From the human T2T-CHM13v2.0 reference genome, Homo sapiens, in NCBI RefSeq assembly GCF_009914755.1, contig NC_060929.1: a DNA stretch of 64,000 nucleotides; one strand, given 5' to 3'. Made by a program: the position numbers and the translations under genes. The notes under the pieces were generated by a model. That model saw only the letters and a list, made by a program, of their open reading frames with translations. It did not search any database and was not told where the DNA came from. Numbering within the stretch: the stretch's first letter is position 1; each line of letters begins with the position of its first letter. Positions 13,236 to 29,432 of this stretch are shown here, one piece after another.

Positions 13236-13650
13236 AGATGGTTAATTTTAATGTGTCTACTTGGCTAGGCTATAGTTTCCAGTTATTAAATCAAACACGA
13301 ATCTAGGGGCTGCTGTGAAGGTATTTTGTAGACATGCTTAATATCTATAACCAGTTGACTTTAAGTAATTTGGGTTGGTCTCATTTAATCATTTGAGGCC
13401 TTAAGAGTGAAAACTAAGGTTTTCCAAAGAAGATTTTTGGTTTCAAGACTGCAGTATCGACTCATGCCTGAGTTTCCAACCTGCTGGTCTGTGGATTTCA
13501 GATTTACCAGCCACCACAGTCATGTGAATCAATTCCTTAAAATAAATACCTGTGTGTGTGTGTGTGTGGGGGGGGGGGTGTGTGTGTGTGGTGTGTGGGT
13601 GTGTATAAGACTTATTGGTTCTTTTTCTCTGGCGACTCCAGACTGATACA
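13236..13650 (+). mobile_element. MLT2 (ERVL) solo LTR
   Basis: GATGGTTAATTTTAATGTGTCTACTTGGCTAGGCT...TATTGGTTCTTTTTCTCTGG...GACTGATACA. Confidence 0.85.
13551..13604. repeat. Compound (TG)n-poly(G)-(TG)n microsatellite
   Basis: Seen directly inside the MLT2 LTR. Confidence 0.95.
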
Positions 13651-13774
13651 GATTGCTGCTGCCCAGTGAGTATGAAGGTGCTTCCCTCCATTTTCCCAAC
13701 CTTCCTTGGAGATAGTTTGATGCCAAGTGACCAGATTGGACAATGGGCTGTGAGCTGTAGTGGTCTGTGTCATC

Positions 13775-14073
13775 TTTTTTTTTTTTTTTTTTTAAATGGA
13801 TTCTTGCTTTGTCACCCGGGCTGGAGTGTAGCGGCTCGATCTTGGCTCCCTGCAACCTCTGCCTCCCGGGTTCAAGTGATTCTCCTGCCTCAGCCTCCTG
13901 AGTAGCTGGGATTTTAGGCATGCACCACCATACCCAGCTAATTTTGTATTTTTAGTAGAGACGGGGTTTCGTCATATTGTCCAGGGTGGTCTTGAACTCC
14001 TGGCCTCAAGTGATCCGCATGCCTTGGCCTCTTAAAGTGCTGGGATTACAGGCATGAGCCACCGTGCCCGGCC
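13775..14073 (-). mobile_element. AluS SINE
   Basis: Poly-T plus a full antisense Alu. Confidence 0.95.
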
Positions 14074-14204
14074 TTAAAATTCATTTATTTTAACATAATT
14101 TATACTGTGTAGATGAATTTCTAATTTTATTTATTTCACCGGAGTTTATCCCATTTTGACTAATATATAATCTTAATGGGAAAAAAATCTAATTATGGGC
14201 ATAT

Positions 14205-14690
14205 GAATCAAGGGTCTTTTGCAAGTGAATGAAAATCCCTCTCAATTTATTTGTTTAAAAAGAAAGGGAATTGAATGGCTTATATAATTGAAAGGTCCAA
14301 AAGTGGATTTTCAGATTTAGGCAGAGCTGAATCAAAAGAATCAAAACATGTCAGCGGGATTTGCATCCAACTTGTAGTCTAACTTACACTTTCATTTATT
14401 TATTTATTTCAGACCAACAAAGTCTAAGGGATGATTCTGATTCACCCAACTGGGTTATGTTCCTAACCCTGAACCATTCACTGTGGCTGGGTCATGGACC
14501 AAACTCATGGGTCAGGTTTATTCACATGCTTATTCTTAGAGAGGGGTGATTGAAGGACTGCTAAGATCAACACCACCCATATCACAGGGACTGAAAAGGG
14601 ACAAGGGGAGATTCTTCAAAGGAAAGTTGGGCTGCGGTGACCTCACATAGAAAGGAAGTCAGGCAGGCAAAAGCAATAGACTGGCACTGC
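14205..14690 (-). mobile_element. Old MLT1 (K/L-like) LTR remnant
   Basis: TTGCAAGTGAATGAAAATCC...AAAAGAAAGGGAATTGAATGGCTTATATAATTGAAAGGTCCA. Confidence 0.5.
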
Positions 14691-15201
14691 AATGGATAGA
14701 AGTTTATATGCCTGGTATCTCAGGAGAAAGGAAGCTGAGTTACATGTATAGAAACACCAGTGTATTCATTGAACATTGAACGTGCTTTTTAAAACCGAAG
14801 TGTTGTGGTAAATGAGAGGCAAGCCGGCTATGCAACTGACAACTGGGAGAGTAACTGTTGCAATGTGATAATTCATTTTAATCAAAGATGAAAGAGATAT
14901 TTTGTCACATCAAGACCAGGAATATCAATAATATATCTATCAGTGTACAGAAGATGTCACATCTGATCGAAAGCAATTGAAGTGATATTACATTTCTCAA
15001 GAAATAAAAGCCAAGGGCAGGTTATTCCATATTGAAATCACACCCACACTTATTCATTATTTAGATAATAATGACACATTTAGAACTTGTTCAGAGAGTA
15101 ATTAACAAGTTGACTATTCAGCCACATCCGAATCTATTTCTCATAATGTGAATAAAACTAGTCCGATAGAGAAAAAGGTATTCAAACAGAAATCTCCTTG
15201 T

Positions 15202-15506
15202 GGCTGGATGTGGTGGCTCACGCCTGTAATCCCAGCAATTTGGGAGGCTGAGGCAGGAGGATAGCCTGAGTCCAGGAGTTCAAGACCAGCCTGGGCAACA
15301 TGGCTAAACATCATCTCTACAAAAAATACTAAAAAAGAGAAAAAAAAGTTAGCCAGCTGTAGTGGTGCACACCTGTGGTGCCAGCTACATGGGAGGCTGA
15401 GATGGGAGAATCACTTGAGTCAGGAGGCAGAGATTGCAGGGAGCCGAGATGGCACCACTGCACTCCATGGGTGATAGAGCAAGATACATTGTTTCAAAAA
15501 AAAAAA
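15202..15506 (+). mobile_element. AluJ SINE
   Basis: GGAGGATAGCCTGAGTCCAGGAGTTCAAGACCAGCCTGGGCAACA, dimer, A tail. Confidence 0.93.
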
Positions 15507-16261
15507 GGCTCCTGGTTTCTCAGTTATGTTATAGTATTAGTATGTAATAAGTTGCTCTATGAGTTATGGAAATTATTGGTTTATACAGATTATAAGATGT
15601 GTATCTCTATATATGTATATATCCATTATTGATTCATCTTGTATATATTTTTCCATAATTAATAAAAATAAATACCATATAGGAACACAATTATAAATCT
15701 TTTGTATATGTAACAGCACACTGAATATTTGCTAAAAATATTTAAAATTTTATAAGAAATCATTGAAGAGATTTAGGAGCAGTTTGAGCACAATTAGGAT
15801 TGTTTGGGCTGTGAAGAAGAAAAAATATTCAAAGCCCCTTTTTTTTGTTTTTTTCCTTTACTTTTTTAAAAGCAAAAATATTGACTGCATATGTAAAAAG
15901 CATTTATATATTATGTACATAAATTTAAATATAATACATATATTTTAAAGGAAGTCTAATCAAAGACCGGGAGAACCATACAATTTGGTGTATGTTAATT
16001 TCCTGCCAAGTTTCAGAATTACGTTTCTGACTTTTAATAGGCATGACAAAACTGGAGTTGGTAGGAATTACATTCTCACAGAAATTTGAAAATCAACAGA
16101 ATTTCAGTAAATATTGCAATATATAACAAAATATAGATATACAAAGAGATTATAAATACAATTTTACAAGCATCTGCTTCCAAAACAAGCCACAAAGCAA
16201 ATCTGTAAAAAACCTGCACCAGTAGATTATTTATTGAATCTCTTCAAGAAGCTTCCTGTGA

Positions 16262-16679
<418 letters not shown>

Positions 16680-16967
16680 ATTACATGCGTTTTCTAAGCT
16701 CAGAGAGTTTAGAAATTTTCCCACAGAAGTGAGAATTTAGATTTGCCTGATTCCACATTTCTTCTACAGTTTCTCAATCTGCTCCAGTGATTTGCCCTTC
16801 ACACATCCAGGTGTTATGGTGTTTCACCCTGTTCCTGAAGATGCTCATATGCATGGGGGCCCCAGAAAGCACCTTTAGATACCTGATCCCTAGTTCCCTA
16901 CGTAGTTTCAAGCACTACAACATAAATCATGCTTCTGAATACTGAGTGACCTTGGGTCTTTTAGTCT

Positions 16968-17068
16968 TACAGGAATCAGAAGATCCATGTTAGTATTCCA
17001 GCTCTCTCATACTAGCTATGTGATCTTGGACAGGTGGTTTAAACTATCAGTGCCTCGATCCTCATTTT
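16968..17068 (+). mobile_element. MIR fragment
   Basis: CCAGCTCT...ACTAGCTATGTGATCTTGGACAGGTGGTTTAAACT core. Confidence 0.7.
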
Positions 17069-18871
17069 TTATCCCTCTTATTTGCCCAAGAGATCCTCTG
17101 ACCCCTGCTTCCAGCTTCATGGAACTTCTAGTGATACCACTGAATTTGCACGTATTTTAAATTAATCTTGTATTATTTTAGTTTTAATTTTTGGTATAAT
17201 TTTGGTATTATTAGGTATAATTCTGCTATGCAATATTTGGGGGACCGTATAGAATTTTTTTTCAGCTTAAATGTGGATTTTAGCTCTCTACTTTTATCCT
17301 AATCATTTTTCTAAGGGGAAGAGGGGATTAGATGACTACTGATCCTAGGGCTGTGCAAACATTCAAGCTCATGGAAAATGGAAGAAGATCCTAGTCCTTG
17401 GTCTATTGTCCACTGTGTTGTTTGCCATTACTATTGTTTCTCTTATCAAGTGACGCTGCTGTGAAGAGCTGTTTCTCTACCGTTATTCAGGGACTGCTGC
17501 TCCAGAATGACTCAGATGCTTTTACAATATTTCTCTGTACTGACCACAGGCTCTGTCACACAGTGACCTGTATTTTCTAGGTCTCAGGACTTAGAGGCCA
17601 GATTCCAAAGAGGTCCAAAAGATTCCATCTTCCCTAGTCTCTGGCACCGGGAGAAAAGTCTGTGAATGTGCACCAGATAAGAATACTAGAAAGTCCTCCT
17701 GTCTCTCCCAGAAGCTACCCTTTCTTCTCCAAAATGACCCATTTTCCAAAATGACTGCAAGCACAGCCTCTAGCCCCTCCTCCCTCTGGGACTACCAGAA
17801 TGAAAGTTCTGGTAATGAACTAATTAATGAAAGTTACTTTGATTTCCAAGCAAAAGCCCAAAAGAGGATTTTCCCCTTGCTACCAGACAACCTCTGTTCC
17901 TGCCTCTGAAACCCAAAGCTGTTAACAAGCCCTTAAAATAAAGGAAATGAATACAATGCTGGACGTTCCTATTGCTAAGGGTCTGGGTAACTGCAACGCA
18001 ATTACATTTGCATTTCTTCTGAGAGTCTCACATAGAAGTGAGAATAAGACAGAAATTATTATCACAATAAATTGTCCTGCAATATTGCTCTTCATGTTTC
18101 CATTTAAATGGGTGTCAGCTTAAAAATCTGGAGAAGAGATAGAAAATGCTTGACTTTTGTAGCCACTGCTTTCTTCCTCATTCATGGCAGGTATGGCTAA
18201 TTGATCATTCCTATCAAATGGCCCATACCTGTTCATGCTAAACATAGTGGGTGAGACAGCCAGTAATAATGAATTAGAATCAGAAATTGAGATTAAACCA
18301 TACTTACTATCTGTTCCCTAACACATTGTATAATGTGGAACATTCTGAAATGTAGTACCATTGCCATGAGGTGAGAAGAAGTGAAAAGATGAGGGGTAGG
18401 GAAGAAGGAGGAAAGAGGAAGATTGATTGATTGAAATTCTATGTTTCAGAGAGAACATGGGAAATAGGTCCTCCCTGTGAGCATACCTGGAATCTAACTC
18501 TTTTTTTCAGCCTTTGTACTGAAGACCTTTCTATTGTCATCTATCTGGAATAATCAGGCTTTGAGAGACATATGTATCCTAAAGAAACGGATGTATTAAT
18601 CTTGCAAATTACTTGGTTAAAAATGAAATCTCTAGATAGAAAGTTTCTGGAAAATACATATTTAGTGATCTAAATATTCTTCTACCAGTGACAAAAAATT
18701 CCCATGAAACCAAATTAATGTCAGAAAATTAATAAAGCCATTAAAAGATTAAAAAAGAGTTAGATGTTCCTAAAGCATAATGCCTTCAAGATAAGATAGT
18801 ATCATGGGCCCATCTATAAAACAGGTATATATGCAATAAGCAGACCAGCAAACTAACATTGTGGATGGCCT

Positions 18872-19367
18872 TGTGTATTAATTAGAGTTTTCCAGAGAAA
18901 CAGAGCCAATAAGAGGTATTTACATATTTGTTTATTATGAGGGCTTGGCTTACATGATATTACAAAGACAGACACCTTCCAAGATCTGCAGGATGAGTCA
19001 GCAAGCTGATAACCCAGAGAGCCTATCATGTCATTCCAGTCTGCAGGCCAGCAGGCTCAAGACACAGGAAGACGTGATGTTCCAGTTTGTGTGAAAAGGC
19101 AGGAAAAAACTGATTCCTAGTTCAAAAGCTGACAGGAAGGAGGAATTCCCTCCTCCTTGAGGAAGGGTCTGCCTTTTTGTTCTATTCAGGCCTTCGACTG
19201 ATGGAATGAGCCCACTCACATGAGGGAGGGGAATCTGCTTTATTTAGTCAAATGATTTAAATGTTAATATTATCCAAAAAAATTCCCTCATGGACATACC
19301 ACAATGTCTGACCAAATATCTGGGCACCCTGTGGCCCAGTCCATCTGACACATGAAATTAACTGTCA
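18872..19367 (-). mobile_element. MLT2 (ERVL) solo LTR
   Basis: TGTATTAATTAGAGTTTTCCAGAGAAACAGAGCCAATA...GGCACCCTGTGGCCCAGTC..TGACACATGAAATTAAC. Confidence 0.88.
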
Positions 19368-19967
19368 AACCTGGGAACTCTTACTTTTGAAAGGATGAAC
19401 TGGAGGCAAATGGATTTTACCCTTTGGACTTAGTTTTTTAAAAGAAGTCATGAGGATGACCATTTGTTTTTTATTAGCTTTATTTATTATTGTGTTTTCC
19501 TGAAAGGATTTTAGTGTATTATCCAGATTTACCAGCATAATAATTACAAATGTTATTTCAGGTGTTACTTTCCCAGACCACGAATACTCATTTAGAAAAG
19601 GCATAATTGATTTCATTTAAGAGACGACATTATCTAAACTTTTCTTATAATTCCAACAGGAAAACCTATTCAAAGCCTAAAATCACCATTGCATTAATCA
19701 TATGTATCAGAAATTTATTTACTGTAAGATCTCATGTACATCTAATTTATGCTATTTAATGCACATGTGTATCACAGAAGTCCATGCAGATATTTATATC
19801 ATGCAATCAATTTTAAAATAAATTTTAAAATAAAATTTGTTTGTAGAATTTCCATATACCTGTATTATTCTTTACCCCAATTTGTTTGAATAGCATTTGA
19901 AAACTAACGTTAGATGCTTGGTAAGCATTCCTGAGATTTTTTGATTTTTTTTTTTTTTGCGTTATTT

Positions 19968-20287
<320 letters not shown>

Positions 20288-21664
20288 TTTTGCATTATTT
20301 TCTGATGTGGAAGATAAACTGAGAGAAAACAGAACTAAATTTGATTGGCCATGATGCAAATTTTACCTACTTATATTTCATAGCTACCAAACTTACCTTA
20401 AAAAATATTAATGATCTTAGCCACAATCTAAATTATATTTTTATCAGAAAAATGTGTAAACTCTGAAATCAAAACTAATTATACCAAGAGAGTTAAATCT
20501 AGTTTAGTAGGCATATGAATTTGTAAGATAACAAAATGACAAGATAATCCTCACTTTTTCCAATTCATTTCTGGAAACTGCATCGTAAACACATTGCATT
20601 TTCCCACAGGAATCTATATTGGTGATTGCATTCTTGTTCAGTTACTCACCATCAAATAAGCTATGATTGTCACAGCAACATATTACAAAAACAAAGATAA
20701 AATTATAAATCTTCAGTATAAACTTAACAATAAAATTATTTTATTAGTGCTATAGAATTAGAAAAATGTTTTCTCTGTATTTGTTGAGAGCCTAGTGTTT
20801 TCTAATTTCCATGTATTTATTCAAACATTTATCCAATAGCTGTTATATTTTTTGAACTATAGGCAATATAATGCAAAGGCATGTTTTCTGTCATTCAGAA
20901 ATGGAAAGAACTTAAAAACTGTAGTGAAAATGGCATACGTTAGACATGGCTAAAAATCAAGATGCTACCTACAATAATTTAGACAAGCTTTGGGGACTGA
21001 TAGGAATGAGCCAGACAGCTTAAAAACTGTCCAGGGAAGTTTTACTGATGATTTGTGTTTGTTCAGCTTCTTTGTAGCAAGCAGAAATATTTTAAATTAT
21101 GCTGTTAACCTTACTGCATGCTCCAATTTATTTTTGTCCTTCGAAAATTTAGACATTGCAGCATTTAAATAGTTAAAGGCATCATTAAATACTTCAGTCA
21201 TGATAGGTTGAAGAGAATTTCCTTCTTACTCATCTTTTCTTTGTTCTATCTTTAGGCTTCTTCCTCACTAAAACCACTTTAAACTTAATGGACTGCTTTG
21301 AAAGGGAAAAATTGAAGGAAGATTTGTTCAAAGCAACAGGCAGTCTCCTTAAGTCAAATACAAACTATTGGAAAACACAGGTCTTTCTTTTGCATTAGCT
21401 GGGAGGTCTACCTCCTTCTTATCCCTCCCTTTTAAGCCTACAGAAGGCTCGTTAGACCAACTGCCTATGGGAAATATAGACTAAGCAGGTGTAAGTCAGG
21501 AGACATGAAGTTTAGGTGTCAATTAGGCAGACTTGAATGAGCAAAGATACAAAATGTACTGGGCAAAAAAGAAAATTGTGCCTTTTACTGGTTTCTGATG
21601 ACAAAACTGTAGTTCAGATTTACCATTATAGACTTCAACTATTGTGTGTTTTTATCAAGAGAAA

Positions 21665-21976
21665 TTTTTCTTTTTCTTTCTTTTTTTTTTTTTTTTTGAG
21701 ACAAAGTCTTGCTCTGTCATCCAGGCTGGAGTGCAGTGGCATGATCTTGGCTCACTGCAACCTCCGCCTCCTGGGTTCAAGCAATTCTCTGTCTCTGCCT
21801 CCCAGGTAGCTAGGATTACAGGCTCCCACCACCACGCCTGGCTAATTTTTGTATTTTTAGTAGAGATGGGGTTTCACCATCTTGGCCAAACTGGTCTTGA
21901 ACTCCTGACTTCGTGATCCACCTGCCTCAGCCTCCCAAAGTGCTGGGATTACAGGCGTAAGCCACTGTGCCAGACC
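21665..21976 (-). mobile_element. AluS SINE
   Basis: T-rich tail plus a full antisense Alu. Confidence 0.95.
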
Positions 21977-22284
21977 TCTTTTTCTATTTTTAACAGGCTT
22001 TTCTACTATAATGTACTGTACTTCATAATTACTGAGTTTGTACTACTGTCAGCTCATGTGTTGATTTTAGATAAACATAGACACACAGCAATTATATTTT
22101 TTAAGATAAATGACTAATAGTTCCATTTATTTGAATATTTGAGAAATATCTAGTTTCTCTGATACAATCTTAGGTTTGCACATGAATAAACCGCATGCCA
22201 TATCTTATAATATATAGATAATATTAAGGTGTCCTCATTAAGATGAATTTTTCTCTGTCTGGTATTATTAAATAATATAACAGT

Positions 22285-22490
22285 GATTTCAATCCTGGCC
22301 TTGCCACTTGCCAGATGTGTGCCCTTAGGCCAATTACTTAACCTCGATTGTCTCAGTTTCTTCAATTGGAAATGAGGATATAATAATAGTTTCTCATAAA
22401 TTTGTTACAAAAATCAAATCAGTTAACTTTATAAAACATTTTAATAGTGCCAGACACATAGTAAGTGTGATATGTGTGTTTGTTAAAAAA
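22285..22490 (+). mobile_element. MIR SINE
   Basis: TTCAATCCTGGCCTTGCCACTT...TCTCAGTTTCTTCAATTGGAAATGAGGAT...GCCAGACACATAGTAAGTG. Confidence 0.85.
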
Positions 22491-22754
22491 TAAAATACTT
22501 TTTCTTGTTCTTTTTTCTAAATTTTTAATTTTTTTCACACTTCTGCTGGCAAGAATCTTGTTCTAAATGCATATGCAAATACCCATCTCCAGACTTCTAG
22601 CCAATGAATAGACTAATTTACCTTCTTTTCCTTGCCTTTATTTCTCTTCTTATACCCCCTACTCTCATATTAGGCTTCAGAAGGAGGACAAAATAAGAAA
22701 TTACCTGGAAAAATTGGCCTGTGTGTGCCACCTTTTCAAACCAGAAGTTATAGA

Positions 22755-23370
22755 TTATATCAGTTAGCATAGATTTGGAATCAAGTAACAAAATTTATTT
22801 CACTCCCATTGGTTTAAATTGGCTGACAAAGTATAATACAATGGCAGGATGGATTTCAGGGCTGGCTTAACTCAGTGAGCACAGCTCCTTTTCTTTGCAC
22901 TTTCTTTGGCATTGTTGCTTTAAGTGTGATGTCCTTTTCCTTAGACTGCGTTGCCTCATGCTGGCAAAATGCCATTAGAAGTTCTAGGTTCTATATAATG
23001 GAATATGTAGAAGATGAGAGGGAGTCCATTTTGCTTTGAAAAATGAAAAAGTTTCTTACCAGAAACACCCAGAAAACCCTCCTTTATGACTCACTGGCTC
23101 AGATTAAGTTACAAGCTAATTCTTAAATTAAAAATTGAGGCTAGGAGAGTATTAAGAGCTAATTGGATTAGCTGAACCAATCTCTCTAGTATGATGGATG
23201 GGATTACCCTCAGATAAATGAGGCCCACTCTGGTGCTACAGTCTCTCAACTTACTTTAAAACACATTGGTAATGGTGGAAGGCATAGATGCCTGAACCAT
23301 AGTAGAACTGTGTCAGAAGAGAAGAAGGGGGAATGGATACGGTGTAGGCAACCACTGATGACTACATAGG
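22755..23370 (-). mobile_element. Old MLT1-like LTR remnant
   Basis: Degenerate MaLR motifs (CAAGTAACA, GCCTCATGCTGGCAAAATG, TCACTGGCTCAGATT). Confidence 0.45.
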
Positions 23371-23634
23371 CTGTTATCTATAGGAGGAGATTTAGAAATT
23401 CATCAGTGTCAGTAATAGATATCTCTGAATGAGGAACAAATTGCGGCTAAGTGGAACTTTAAATTCCATAAAGTGGTCTTTTAAATTATGTACATCATTT
23501 TTGGGGTTTGTTTGGTTATTAAGACCGGCATAATCAAATTAACATAATCTATCTTGTCTGTTCATGGTGCTAACACTGGCACCAGGGCTACACAATTCGA
23601 ACTGTAGTTTCTGGGCTTATTTTTTTTTTTTTAA

Positions 23635-25130
<1,496 letters not shown>

Positions 25131-25342
25131 GCTGTCAGAATAGATCAGAGTAGATTACAGTGAAGAGAAGTTGGAAGAAGACCTGGAGTTTCTTCTTCAA
25201 TCTTGCTGCTTTGATAGAGGACAGAATTCCATTTTACAATTCAGCATACCCAGAATCTATTTTTAACTTTGCTAGAGAGGTAATTCTCTTGATAATGTAA
25301 AGGATCTTCAGTAACAAAAAATGCTTTCATGAAATGTGCAAC

Positions 25343-25821
25343 TACATTAGTTTCCTATGGCTGCTATAAAAATTACCAGAAATCTGGTGGTTTAAAATAA
25401 GACAAATCTTTCAGTTCTGGAGGTGAGAAATCTGAAATCAGTTTCAGTGGGCTGAAGTCAAGGGCTGATTCCTTCTGGTGGCTGTAGGGGGGAATCTGTT
25501 TTTCAGCTTATAGCATCCACCTCTATTTCTTGGTTTGTGGCCCCTTTCTCCATCTTCAAAGCTCACCGCTCTAATCTCTGCTTCCCTTACCCACATTCCG
25601 TAACTGGTCTTCTCTCTTTCTGACTCTAACTCCTCCTGCTTTCCTCTGTAAGAGGGAACACCCTTGTGTTTACATTGGGCCTAACCAGGTGATCCAAAAC
25701 AATCGCCTCAAAATCCTTAATTTAATCACATTGCAAAGTCCCTTTACTGTGTAAGGTAATATATTTATAAATTCTGGAGATGAGGACATAAACATTTTGA
25801 AGCCATCATTCAGCTACCACA
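25343..25821 (-). mobile_element. MLT1C/D-like MaLR solo LTR
   Basis: ATTAGTTTCCTATGGCTGCTATAA...CAGTTCTGGAGGTGAGAAATCTGAAATCAGTTTCAGTGGGCTGAAGTCAAGG...ATTCAGCTACCACA. Confidence 0.85.
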
Positions 25822-25887
25822 CCAAGACTCAGCTAATCTGTTTCAATTTTTTATTTTTGTAGAATCAATTTTACTTTTGAGTTGCAT

Positions 25888-26200
25888 TAATCAGAACCAT
25901 CATTTGCAAGTGTTAGAACAAAAACAATTCAATTTGGCTTTGGCGAAAAAAAGGGTCTTTATTGGTTCCCATAAATTAAAATTGTAGAGCTCTAATCGAT
26001 AGGCTCTATTGAGTTCAAGGGGTCAAAGTTGTTGATAGGAAACTTTCTCTTCATCTTTTAGCTCTGTTTTCTTTTCGGTTTATTCTGGGCTCAGCTCTCC
26101 TCTCCTATTGACAAGATGGCCATGAGTAGCTCCAGCATTCTTCTATCTTGGAACCCCAGGACATAGAAAGATTCTTTTTCTCCCTATAATGTCAATAAAA
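25888..26200 (-). mobile_element. Old MLT1 (K-like) LTR remnant
   Basis: TTTGCAAGTGTTAGAAC...TTTATTGGTTC...CAAGATGGCC. Confidence 0.45.
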
Positions 26201-26212
26201 TCTAGTTAATGT

Positions 26213-26525
<313 letters not shown>

Positions 26526-28122
26526 TCATTGATCCAAATTTAATGGGATTCTGTAAATCAAAATGTTTGCTGCTTCTATTGAAATTGCAACCCTTGATAT
26601 ATTATTCATTTAATTTATTACATAAAGGTTTTCCTCAACTTCCCCTCTTTTCCTCTATCTGCCTCTTTTCTTTTTTTAAACACTTCTCATTTAAAAAAGA
26701 ATTAGAATATAATATCTATATAATTCTTAATTTAAATATCTTATTTAACATTAAAAAATTTGGAGATAAAATAATTTAGCAAGAAAATATGATCTGAAGG
26801 TTTACTGTGGTTGAGATTTTTTTATAATAATTTTTATAATAATGTATTTAAGCAAATAGTTTGAGAATTTCATCCCTGATTATGTGCTAGAGAATCCTGA
26901 TGTGAGACTAAAATGCATGGTTATTAAAGACATGTAGACATAGAAAATATGAAAAATACATTTATGTTAAATATATAAATCTTATAAAAGCTTCACATAC
27001 TGTTAGCAGTCTCTGTGGTCTTGATTTTCTTGGTATTTATGTTACTGCTTTCTTTTGTTTCTATAACTGAAATATTTATGAAATATAAATAGATTTGGGC
27101 CACCCGCTGATTTTGGATAGATAAGGTATGGTATCTTTACGGTTAAGCCTTTTTCAGAATTTGTTAATATCAAGCATCCTATTTATTTTCAGAATGAGCA
27201 CATGTTCAAGCAAAACCAAGCTTACTTGAATACTAAAACATTTAAAATATTCAAATTTTTATAAAGCAAGCTTTATTAAACTCTTCTAATACTTTTATTT
27301 TTTAAATTTCAAAACTTTTAGTTTGAAGCAGACTGTTAAGTATTTTAATGCCTTTTTAATTAGAACTTAAACTCCTTTGCAGGAGAGAAAAAGAGAAATA
27401 GACGCATAGAAGGAGCTCAGTCAATACCTTTAAACTGATTGGTATTCACATTATAAAATTCAAGTCTGTTAACAATGCCTTTTTAATTGAAGAACCGTAA
27501 TAAGAACTTGCCTTTTTAATATTGTGAATATCCAATTGCTATTTGACAGACTATGCATGTCAAATACTTGGATGCATTGTATAGATGCTATTATATTTTA
27601 CATAATAAAAATGCTTTTTTTGGTTTAGTGTACAAGTATTATATTGAAGGAGTAGGACACAGATAGATAATACAATCATGAAACAACTTAATTTTCTCTC
27701 ATTGCTCTTTAAAATTTTTTCTGCTGGAACAATTCTCCTCTTGCCCCTTAATTTTATCCTCTTGGATAAAGTTAAGACCAGTCTTGACTTTTCAAGTTAC
27801 TTCTAGGTCTCCTAGACAATCTCGGGTCACTAGCTAAAATATCATTTTCATAAAATAGAATTTAAAGTTTATTGAAGTTGAAGACTTCCCCCTTTGTTAG
27901 GATGGGCCACCAGCTATGGAAAAGGGCTTGTTAGCTTCTTCCTTAATTCCCCAGAGAGTTCTTCTGCTTCTTCCCCACTTTAGGGGCCTCTCACTCCTCT
28001 AGAGTTGAAAGAGGTGTGACAGGGCAGATATGTTTATTGACAGTACTCATTTGGCACTGATTTGTGTTAGTTTCCTCTGGGCATGATAGATGTGTAAGGT
28101 CAAGTTTTACTGGCGAACATGC

Positions 28123-28477
28123 TGATATGGTTTGGCTCTGTGTCCCCACCCAAATCTGGAATTGTAATCCCCAGGTGTTGAAGGAGGAACAGGTGGGAGG
28201 TGATGGGATCACAAGGGCGGTTTCCTCCATGCTGTTCTCATGGTAGTAAGTGAGTGGACACAGATCTGATGATTTGAAAGTGTTTGGCAGTTCCCCGCTT
28301 CGCTCTCTCTCTCGCTGCGTTGTGAAGAAGGTGCCTGATTCTCCCACTTCTACCATGATTGTAAGCTTCCTGAGACCTCTGCAGCCATGCAGAACTGTGA
28401 GTCAATTAAGCCGTTTTTGTTCATAAACCACCCAGTCTCAGGTATTCTTTATAGCAGTGTGAAAATGGACTAGTACA
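28123..28477 (+). mobile_element. THE1 (D-like) MaLR solo LTR
   Basis: TGATATGGTTTGGCTCTGTGTCCCCACCCAAATCT...GGACTAGTACA; perfect 5-bp TSD CATGC. Confidence 0.95.
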
Positions 28478-29432
28478 CATGCCATTGTTGGAGATCTTGC
28501 ACCTGTATTTTCTTGATGTCAGTGAATACATTTTCTGGATGTTTGTAGCTCCTCCTCCACCTCTTAGGAATCTAGAAAGTTTACTCCCTGCTGGGTTATC
28601 TCATGTATTCAGGCAATCTTCTTGGTCAGGACAACACCCAGGCCAATTTTCTCAAGCCATGACCACATCAAGTCCAGTGGAACAATCTCTCTTGACTCTG
28701 CCTTCAAAGAGATTGGCCAGGCAGATTTATCATGTGTGAGTTTTATGTTAGGCAGCTGTGATCCCCAAACTCCAGAGGACTTATGTCAAGCTTTCTGACT
28801 AGGCATCAGCATCTTTTTCCATAGGCTTCTGGGTGGTTCTACTATGTGCTTATTGGTCCATAACAACCTTCCTCTTCCTAATCTCTTCTAATTGTCACCT
28901 TTCCTTTTCTTCCTGCTTTAATCTCTCAGCTAAGGGTCTGTGTGGCCTCACAGTGAGCCTGGGGTGGGGGATCAAAACAGTTTCAGGCACCTCATTCACA
29001 AGTCCTGCTTTGGTAGTCTCAAATCTTTCCTTGGAATTTGAGACTGATTGCTACCTCTTGTCCAAGGGCTTAAACCAAATCTAAGATACAGAGTTTTATT
29101 TTAGATCCTGTCACAAACAAAGAGTCACTAATTAGTTAAGGTAATGATCATTTCCTATTCAAGGGCCATTTATTTGATAGCTAAAGTATGAAGTGGGAAA
29201 ATCTAAGTTATGATAGTTTTCTTTTTCTGGTAATTTTACCACTGACTATTACATTTTTGTCACACCAGTTTCTTCTTCATAATATTCCTACTTGTCTCAT
29301 AATGAGGTTGTGATTACAATAGTATAAAGTGCCTGGAACTTGTATGTGGGGAATTTACTAATTATCTAATGTATATCACATTATTTTTCTGCCAGGCAGC
29401 TATTATTCAAGTGCCAATGGAGAAATTGAGAC

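Noticed and set aside
20391-20410. Minus-strand AG|GTAAGT recursive-like site
   Set aside because: Short pyrimidine tract and an AAG acceptor; expected by chance.
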